A DNA stretch of 64,000 bases from Levilinea saccharolytica (GTDB lineage Bacteria > Chloroflexota > Anaerolineae > Anaerolineales > Anaerolineaceae). The stretch is taken from the NCBI RefSeq assembly GCF_001306035.1, contig NZ_LGCM01000055.1:1-64000 (forward strand), in the 5' to 3' direction. The first letter of the stretch is position 1, and every line of letters begins with the position of its first letter. The notes under the pieces were generated by a model. The model was not told the DNA's origin. It did not search any database and was given only the letters and a program-made list of their open reading frames with translations. Shown piece by piece: positions 57,539 through 64,000 of the stretch. The position numbers and the translations under genes were made by a program.

Positions 57539-58572
57539 CGGTGCACCTTCGTACCGCGGGAGATCATTAAAACGATAAAAATGGTTGACCCCAGCAGCGA
57601 GGTGAGGATACCTAAGGGGATTTCACCCGCGAGCAAGCTTCTACTCAGATCATCACATAGGATAGTAAAAATTCCGCCGAGCAGCATGGCCGCGGGAAGG
57701 GTTAAGTGCGTATCGGAGCCAAATAAGCGGCGAGCAATATGCGGAATGATCAAACCTACCCAGCCAACCATTCCGGCCACCGAGATCACAGCGGCGGTGG
57801 GCAGTACGGCGGCTGTGAGCAGCAGCAGACGATCTCGTTTGGGCGCTGCCCCCATTGAAAAGGCAGCCTCATCACTGAGGGCTAAAATGTTCAGCCGCCA
57901 GCGGAAAAGGTATAGAAAAACGAGACCAGAGATCACGGCAGGTAGGATGGCAAGCAGCTTCTTCCAGGTGATACTCGAAAGCCCACCCAGCAGCCAAAAA
58001 GTAATTTCTGGCAACTGACGCAGGGGGTCAGCCAGATATTTTAGGATTCCCAGACCCGCAGAAAACAAGGCTGAAACAGCGATTCCGGAAAGGACCAAAC
58101 GCAGTACCCATCCGCCGTAACGAATGCGTCTTGCCAATAAATAAGAAAGTGCTAAACCAGCCAAAGCAAATACCGCTGCACTGCCTTGAAGCAGAACTGC
58201 CGATCCACCCAGGAAGACGATACAGAGCGCTGCGCCAAAAGCAGCGCCTTGAGATACCCCTAAAAAGCCAGGTTCTACCAGGGGATTACCAAACAACATC
58301 TGAAAAACGATGCCCCCCGCTGAAAGAACTGCGCCTAAGAGCAAGGCTGTTATTAACCGTGGTAATCGTACATTAAAAATAAGCAGTTTTGCCAATTCAT
58401 CTTGGTTAACTCGCTGCCAGGAGATGAACCCCAATCCCGGGTAGCGTCCCCACAACAACGAGAAGATGAAGATTCCGACCAGCGTGACTCCTAAGATTAA
58501 TAGGATCCATCGCCGGGTTAACTTCCGTAAAGCCAATTCTTGCAAAGCGACCGCAGCCGCGGTATCACTCAC
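57535..58572 (-). CDS. ABC transporter permease, FecCD/BtuC family
   Basis: ~10 TM helices with the FecCD signature region (LSGIAVSALFSAGLGILKY, LALSDEAAFSMG). Confidence 0.85.
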   Translation of the reverse strand: MSDTAAAVALQELALRKLTRRWILLILGVTLVGIFIFSLLWGRYPGLGFISWQRVNQDELAKLLIFNVRLPRLITALLLGAVLSAGGIVFQMLFGNPLVEPGFLGVSQGAAFGAALCIVFLGGSAVLLQGSAAVFALAGLALSYLLARRIRYGGWVLRLVLSGIAVSALFSAGLGILKYLADPLRQLPEITFWLLGGLSSITWKKLLAILPAVISGLVFLYLFRWRLNILALSDEAAFSMGAAPKRDRLLLLTAAVLPTAAVISVAGMVGWVGLIIPHIARRLFGSDTHLTLPAAMLLGGIFTILCDDLSRSLLAGEIPLGILTSLLGSTIFIVLMISRGTKVHR

Positions 58573-59666
58573 GGCAAATCACCTCTGAAGGTTGGACGAA
58601 TTTTTGATTCGAACAGTTTGGTATCCACTCTATACATCTGCTCGTAGAACTCAAACGTCTCTTTTATGATGTCTTGCTTGGGAAAAATGTCTGGATGTAA
58701 ACGAGCTGCCATCCAGGAAAGACCGAGGATCCAACGCGCGTCGGCTTGATCCCAACTGTACATGTCGGCGGGAAAACCAGACAAATGATTTTCCTTCACG
58801 GCACGTAACAACCGCCACTGCGGGTCATTTTTCAACTTTTGCGCAATTTCGGCTGAGTTCTTTTCGTAGGAAATAATGAAGATATGGTCGGGATCCCAGA
58901 CGGCAATCTGTTCTACAGTTACCGCAGCCCATCCCTTTCCCGGGTTTGCTGAGGCCCATACAGGTTGACCGCCAGCAAGGTCTACCATTTTGCTTTGCAT
59001 CCAGCTCATGGGCGGGACATTGAAAGCGACTACGCCATCCTTATCGTTATAGAAAAGCATTAAAACACGAGGTTGTATCGTACGATCTTTCAGCTGCATT
59101 TGGATATCATTCACTTTTTTTGCGTAGAAATCGGACAATTCCTGTGCCCTGGGTTCATTTTGAAACACCTTGCCAAGGATCATGAGATCACGCGAATATT
59201 GTTCGGGAGTTTCAAAATCGACATAAACGATCGGGATCTTTAGCGCTTCGATGGTTGGCCCCATGGTTTCGGCTAAATAACTTTTTAGAATGACCAGGTC
59301 TGGCTGGACCGCCGCAATTTGTTCAGCGCCGGCATCCCCTTGTAAAATCACTTTTTTGGAAAACAGAGGATCAATCAGCGGAATAAAATTGCCACTCCCT
59401 TGATTCGCAACGCCCAGAGCCGCCACCCGATCATGAGCTTCAGGGAACATAAACACTGCATTCAACGTAAATATCATGCCCTTACCGGTAATTACGATCC
59501 GTGATGGAGGCTGGGTGAAGGTGACTTGTCTGCCCAAGGCATCAATTACAGTGAAGCTTTGGTTTGGCGTTGCACTTGCAGAGGACGAATGTTCTTCTTG
59601 AACCGGTATGCTTGAGCATGCATGCAGAAAAATTGCAATGATCAACAGACTGATTAACCGTTTCAC
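58569..59666 (-). CDS. ABC transporter periplasmic substrate-binding lipoprotein (class III, iron-siderophore/cobalamin type)
   Basis: Lipobox LLIIAIFLHACSS. Peripla_BP_2-like pattern (RIVITGKGMIFTLNAV...PDLVILKSY). Confidence 0.8.
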   Translation of the reverse strand: MKRLISLLIIAIFLHACSSIPVQEEHSSSASATPNQSFTVIDALGRQVTFTQPPSRIVITGKGMIFTLNAVFMFPEAHDRVAALGVANQGSGNFIPLIDPLFSKKVILQGDAGAEQIAAVQPDLVILKSYLAETMGPTIEALKIPIVYVDFETPEQYSRDLMILGKVFQNEPRAQELSDFYAKKVNDIQMQLKDRTIQPRVLMLFYNDKDGVVAFNVPPMSWMQSKMVDLAGGQPVWASANPGKGWAAVTVEQIAVWDPDHIFIISYEKNSAEIAQKLKNDPQWRLLRAVKENHLSGFPADMYSWDQADARWILGLSWMAARLHPDIFPKQDIIKETFEFYEQMYRVDTKLFESKIRPTFRGDLP

Positions 59667-59806
59667 TGACGTCTCCTTAAAAATTAACCACAGTATCTGA
59701 TATCGTAGAATCAGAAACGTCTGCTCAGCAGTCAGATTGAATTGGCCGCACGAAGCTGATACTCATTAAATGAGTATAAGGAGTATAGATTTATGAAACG
59801 GGCTTG

Positions 59807-60577
59807 TCAAGGGTTTTCCATCACTGTAACGGTAGAATAAGCCTCAGCAGTGATCAGGCGAACGCCATGATTGCGGATCTGCCGAAATGTAGCCCCTTGG
59901 CAGACCAGAGGCAGTACCTTTTGAGGGTCTTCAACAAGGCAGCCTGATAAAACATCAATTCCGTATTGAAATAAAAGGGGAGACAGCGGCGTGCTGGGGC
60001 CGATCAACAGCACTTTTGCACCCGGCTTGCGCAAGTTGAAGATGTTTTCAAACGTATGGTTAATCAAGGTCGTAGCTGTAACCGCCAGGATATCGGCCTG
60101 AGGAATTACCTCTGGTGCATCTGATGCGGGTAGATCGCCTTCCTGGGGGTTCAATTCTAGAACCCAAAGTTTTTTAACCTGTTCCTTGAGCCGTGGGACA
60201 AAGGGGAAATGTCCAATAAGCGCTATTTGCTTATCATGGCCTTGCTGAGCGATAAAATCCTCGGCAGCCAAGTTGCTCGAATGATCTATCGGCGGTATTA
60301 ATGCGTTGATCGCTGCTAATCCAACTCCTGCTTCGGTATAACTTTTAGAAAACACCCAACTGGCTAAGTTGAGTGCAGACATCTCTTCTAGGCGGCCTGC
60401 TTTTTCGACCGCAGGGATGCGAGCGTTTTCAAATTCAGGATTCGTTAATGTGGCAGATAAACCGCAACGCTGAATCCCATTTCGTTCTACAACGACGGCA
60501 GTCCAAAACAACCCAATGTTTACACTGACGACTTTACCATCGGGTAAAGATGGAAGGATGTAGTTAAAAATGTTCAT
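59807..60577 (-). CDS. DUF364/DUF4213-like Rossmann-fold protein (family commonly linked to chelate/cobalamin ABC importers)
   Basis: 256 aa. KVLLIGPSTPLSPLLFQYGIDVLSG and ADILAVTATTLINHTFENI Rossmann-like layout. First gene of the importer operon. Confidence 0.5.
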   Translation of the reverse strand: MNIFNYILPSLPDGKVVSVNIGLFWTAVVVERNGIQRCGLSATLTNPEFENARIPAVEKAGRLEEMSALNLASWVFSKSYTEAGVGLAAINALIPPIDHSSNLAAEDFIAQQGHDKQIALIGHFPFVPRLKEQVKKLWVLELNPQEGDLPASDAPEVIPQADILAVTATTLINHTFENIFNLRKPGAKVLLIGPSTPLSPLLFQYGIDVLSGCLVEDPQKVLPLVCQGATFRQIRNHGVRLITAEAYSTVTVMENP

Positions 60578-60928
60578 GAAGGAATTTCCTTAGGAGGTGC
60601 GAATTCTATTAAAACCTCTGTGTAAATGAATAGGCCTGGACTGATATCGGTGTTTCTGTGCCAGCACAGCGGTTTGAGGGGTGATTGATGGGTGAAATCG
60701 TTGTGAGTACAGTCAGACCTCATCAGAAGGCTTCTTCATCAAAGGCGTTGTCCGAGACGATACATGCAGTATCAAATGTTTCTGCGTAATTTTCCTAACT
60801 ATACACCCATTTAGGAAGCACGTGGGCGAAGGCATGAGGGTAGAATCGGTCTTTTGTGCGCGTATCATAATATGGAAGTCCAAAATTCCTCTACGCCCTG
60901 ACTAAGCCCACTCCAAAATCCGGGTATA

Positions 60929-61849
60929 ATGTTCAGAATGAGAACGAAAACACCCTTTTTCTGGCTGCTGATTCTCGGCGCGGCGCTGCTTATGGGGGCT
61001 TGCACGCCCAATGCGGAACCGGCGCCCACTGTCCCCGCGGGCGACACGCCCATCCCCACCCTGCCTCAGCCCACATCCACGGTGACGCCGACTCCGGAGC
61101 CGGCTGCGGTGGTGGTGAACGGCGAGCGGGTGACGCTGGCCGAATTTGAGGAAGAGCTGGCGCGCTTCACGGCGGCTCAGGAGGCCCTGGGGCAGACGGT
61201 GAGCGCGGACGCGGCCCGCGAACGGGTGTTGAACGAGCTGATTGAGCAGACGCTGATGGCGCAGGCGGCGGTGGAGGGCGGTTTTCAGGCCAACGAAGCT
61301 CAGGTGACGGCGCGCATCGACGCCCTGGCTGCGAAGTTGGGCGGCGCGGATGCGCTGCGCGCCTGGTGGGAACGCAACGGGTACACCGAAGACAGTTTCC
61401 GGCGTGCGCTGGCCCGCCAGATGGCGGCTGCCTGGCAGCGTGAACAGCTCGCGGCCAGTGTAGGCAAGAACGTGGAGCAGGTGCACGCTCGCCAGATTCT
61501 GGCCTATCAGCGGGAGAACGCCGAAAAAGCTCTGGAAGAGCTGCGCGCTGGCGCGGATTTTGCAACCATTGCCGCACGCTTTGACCCGCAGACGGGCGGC
61601 GAGCTGGGCTGGTTCCCGCGCGGTTACCTGCTGCAGCCGGCGGTGGAAGAGGCCGCTTTTTCGCTGGAGCCGATGTCGTACAGTGAAATCATCGAGACCC
61701 CTTTGGGGTTTCATATTGTGCAGGTGCTCGAACGGGGCGCAAGCCACGCCCTGACGCCAGATGCGCGGCTGCGGCTGGCAGAGGAAGCGGTGGCAAAATG
61801 GCTGAAAGAAGCCCGGGCCAAGTCTGCCATTGAGGTATTAACGCCTTAG
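60929..61849 (+). CDS. Parvulin-type peptidyl-prolyl cis-trans isomerase lipoprotein (PrsA/SurA-like)
   Basis: Lipoprotein signal LLMGACTP. C-terminal parvulin domain (HARQILA...GGELGWF...GFHIVQVLE). Confidence 0.75.
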   Translation: MFRMRTKTPFFWLLILGAALLMGACTPNAEPAPTVPAGDTPIPTLPQPTSTVTPTPEPAAVVVNGERVTLAEFEEELARFTAAQEALGQTVSADAARERVLNELIEQTLMAQAAVEGGFQANEAQVTARIDALAAKLGGADALRAWWERNGYTEDSFRRALARQMAAAWQREQLAASVGKNVEQVHARQILAYQRENAEKALEELRAGADFATIAARFDPQTGGELGWFPRGYLLQPAVEEAAFSLEPMSYSEIIETPLGFHIVQVLERGASHALTPDARLRLAEEAVAKWLKEARAKSAIEVLTP

Positions 61850-61879
61850 GGGGCGCGGGAAACCGGCAAGGAGAAAACG

Positions 61880-62659
61880 TTGACCCAGGAAGAACAACCA
61901 GACGTGCAACCGATGGAAGAACCGATCCAGCCCGCCGCCCCCAAAGCGGCGCTGCGGCCCAAGAACGCCGACGGCCTGTGGAATGTGCTCACGGTGCTGG
62001 GCCTGCTGGGACTGGCGGCCATGCTGACGGTGGCGGGGCTGATCTATTGGAATCCGTATGTGCCCTTTAACCCCTACCCACCGCCCACCCTGCCTGCGCC
62101 TTTGGTGCTGCCTTCGGCCACACCGACGATCCCGGCTCTGCCGCCCACCTGGACGCCGACGGTGACGTTGACCACGGCCCCCACAGATACGCCCGTGCCG
62201 CCCACACCAACCGCCACGCTGATTGGCATGGGGCCGACGGCCACGCCCACGGCCACGGAGCCGGTGAACACCGTGTACGCCTTCGCCCTGCAAAGCCCCC
62301 CGGCCATGATCAGCGCCACGATCCTGTATCCGGAACGCAGCAGCTGCGATTGGATGGGGGTGGGCGGACAGGTGCTGGATATGCAGGGCGGCCCGGCGGT
62401 GGGTATCTCCGTGCAGGTGGGAGGCAGCCTGGAAGGCTACGCGCTGACCCTGTACCCCAGCCTGACGGGAACCGCGCTGAAATACGGCGCGGCGGGCTAC
62501 GAAGTGACCTTGAACAACCGTCCGGTGGCTTCGCAGGGTAAGCTGTGGATCCAGTTAATTGACCAGCAGCGCCTGCCGCTTTCCAGCCGGGTGTATTTTG
62601 ACACCTCAGGGGACTGCGAAAAGAACCTGGTGGTGATCAATTTCAAACAGGTTCGCTAG
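61880..62659 (+). CDS. Hypothetical membrane-anchored protein with Pro/Thr-rich linker and C-terminal beta domain
   Basis: aaggag RBS then TTG start. TM LTVLGLLGLAAMLTVAGLIYW. PT-rich TPTIPALPPTWTPTVTLTTAPTDTPVPPTPTAT. Confidence 0.5.
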   Translation: MTQEEQPDVQPMEEPIQPAAPKAALRPKNADGLWNVLTVLGLLGLAAMLTVAGLIYWNPYVPFNPYPPPTLPAPLVLPSATPTIPALPPTWTPTVTLTTAPTDTPVPPTPTATLIGMGPTATPTATEPVNTVYAFALQSPPAMISATILYPERSSCDWMGVGGQVLDMQGGPAVGISVQVGGSLEGYALTLYPSLTGTALKYGAAGYEVTLNNRPVASQGKLWIQLIDQQRLPLSSRVYFDTSGDCEKNLVVINFKQVR

Positions 62660-62677
62660 AACTGGGTCGTAAATATT

Positions 62678-62706
62678 AAAGGCGCGCTATCGGCGCGCCT
62701 TTTTTG
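62678..62706. terminator. Bidirectional rho-independent terminator
   Basis: aggcgcgctatcggcgcgcct followed by tttttt. Confidence 0.7.
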
Positions 62707-62723
62707 TTGGCTGAGAACGAGGG

Positions 62724-64000
62724 TTAAGCAGCCGGTGGAGTTTGATCGTCGAGGGCTTCGATGGGGCGCGAAAGGCCCATGCCCTGACGGTCGGCCTGTT
62801 GGGCGCTGAGGCGGTCTTGAAAATCGACAAAATGATGCTGAACGGAATTTTTAACGCGTTGGAGGTAGCGTTCCACCGGCGCAGCGCGTTCGGCGGGCAG
62901 CACGTCCAGCAGATCTTGCAGCAGGGCTTGCAGGCGGCGCATGACCTGGATGGAACCGGCGCCGTACTGGCGGATTTCGTCAATGGCCAGGCTGAGGAAG
63001 TCCTCCCAATCGGGGGTGGGGTAGAGCACGCGGATTACACCCTGGCGGCTGCGAAGGATGCCCACATCCAGGTGGCGGGTTCCCAGGCGGTGCAGCAGGT
63101 CGTCCAATTCGTCCAGGGCCTGTACGGCGGTGGTGGGGTCGTTGATGGCCGGGGAGAGGGCGCGGATGGCGATATCCACAATCAGCCGTAGGGCATATTT
63201 GGGGTCCTGCTCGATGGTGCGTTCGTGCCCCAATTCCACCGCGGCGCGCAGAAACGCCGGGCGGATGGTGCGGCGGGCGCCGCGCAGGTTTAAGATGACC
63301 GCACCGTCCGGGAGGGTGTCGCCGGGGGGATAGCGAATTTCAATCAACCCCTGGGCGCGCTGGGCCAGAATCAGAAGCTGATCCATGTGGTATTGGAGGA
63401 TGATGCCCGGCTCACCGGAATGTACCAGGGATTGGGTGATGGGCGGCAGGGGCAGGGGAACCTGTTCCAGCATGGACTGGTGATCGGTGAGGTCCTCGCT
63501 TTCACCAGCGGCAAACCGGCGGGTATACATGCGCTCGATGACCTGACGCCCGCGAGAGCCGACCATGTGCAGCACACTGGAGACGCGCAGCGAGGTGACG
63601 CGCTCGATGAGGGCCAGGAACATGACGGAGGAGGCCGTCACCAGCAGCAGGGCGAAGATGACGGCCAGGTTCGGGACGGCTTCGCTGGCGCGCACATTGA
63701 CGTAGGAGGCGGCGTTCAGGGTAAAGAGGAAGGTCCCGGTGAAGACGCCCAGCGCGTGGCGCACCACCGGGTCTTGGAGCAAATACCCGGCCAGGCGGGG
63801 GGTGTAGGTGGTGGAGCCGAATTGGATCAGCACAAACACCATCGAAAAGACAAAACCGGTGAAGGCGATCATGCCGGAAGAGATCGTGGAAAGCAGCGCT
63901 GAGGCGGTTCCGGCGTCAATCAAAAAGAGGCGGGGGAAGATGATAAAGTTGATCTGGGGGATGAGGTGGCCCAGGATCGTAGCTGCCAGGATGTAGGCCA
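62724..64000 (-). CDS. DUF2254-family membrane protein (N-terminus beyond right window edge)
   Basis: The reading frame stays open to the window edge (…AYILAATILGHLIPQINFIIFPRLFLIDAGTASALLSTISSGMIAFTGFVFSMVFVLIQF…), so the TTG 'start' at 63923 in the track is internal. Architecture is multi-TM N-terminus plus a soluble C-terminal domain. Confidence 0.6.
   Translation of the reverse strand, partial: AYILAATILGHLIPQINFIIFPRLFLIDAGTASALLSTISSGMIAFTGFVFSMVFVLIQFGSTTYTPRLAGYLLQDPVVRHALGVFTGTFLFTLNAASYVNVRASEAVPNLAVIFALLLVTASSVMFLALIERVTSLRVSSVLHMVGSRGRQVIERMYTRRFAAGESEDLTDHQSMLEQVPLPLPPITQSLVHSGEPGIILQYHMDQLLILAQRAQGLIEIRYPPGDTLPDGAVILNLRGARRTIRPAFLRAAVELGHERTIEQDPKYALRLIVDIAIRALSPAINDPTTAVQALDELDDLLHRLGTRHLDVGILRSRQGVIRVLYPTPDWEDFLSLAIDEIRQYGAGSIQVMRRLQALLQDLLDVLPAERAAPVERYLQRVKNSVQHHFVDFQDRLSAQQADRQGMGLSRPIEALDDQTPPAA

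Noticed and set aside
60578-60928. Cobalamin riboswitch upstream of the DUF364/ABC importer operon
   Set aside because: On the minus (coding) strand I cannot find the GGGAA…GGTG.AA.TCC…CCCGC…ACTGT core or a B12 box. The partial plus-strand matches are in the wrong orientation. Left as an open question in findings.
1-64000. rRNA, tRNA, tmRNA, RNase P or SRP RNA genes
   Set aside because: I looked for T-loop (GGTTCGAATCC-like), tmRNA (GGGGCTGATTCTGGATTCGACGGG), SRP and RNase P conserved cores in the intergenic regions and found none. A covariance-model scan is still advisable.

Overview
This is a high-GC (~60-65%) bacterial chromosomal window, gene-dense on both strands. The gene content suggests Chloroflexota, though this is an inference only. 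The left ~25 kb consists of two long minus-strand gene arrays. They are rich in Ser/Thr protein kinases, three of which are fused to a C-terminal FGE-sulfatase domain. They also contain two paralogous proteins with N- and C-terminal zinc ribbons and a beta-propeller domain, a 12-copy TPR protein, a secreted vWA protein and two SPFH/flotillin-like proteins. Most strikingly, they contain a bona fide Vps4-like AAA ATPase (N-terminal MIT domain, Vps4-specific C-terminal helix) located immediately downstream of a ~230-aa coiled-coil protein with Snf7/ESCRT-III-like charge polarity. Both sit behind an HTH regulator gene with a clear sigma70 promoter carrying TGTACA palindromes. This is a candidate bacterial ESCRT-III/Vps4-plus-flotillin membrane-remodelling locus. 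The remainder is housekeeping or accessory: rpsT, argS, a P-loop protein of a possible cPGS family, obg-nadD, an ECF sigma/anti-sigma operon, galT, a complete type I R-M system (hsdMSR), dNK, lysA, rsgA, a DEAD-box helicase, a RAYT transposase, and nrdR-nrdJ next to a B12/iron-type ABC importer with a DUF364 gene. The hsdS gene has a TAEL x4 spacer repeat and AT-rich target-recognition domains (TRDs). The RAYT transposase carries REP-like palindromes inserted in-frame. Non-coding highlights are a ~550-bp array of nested-hairpin, MITE-like repeats (31.9-32.5 kb) and a related repeat locus with REP palindromes (43.8-44.05 kb). I found no rRNA, tRNA or CRISPR array. Many track ORFs on the strand opposite GC-rich genes (Arg/Pro-rich translations) are spurious.
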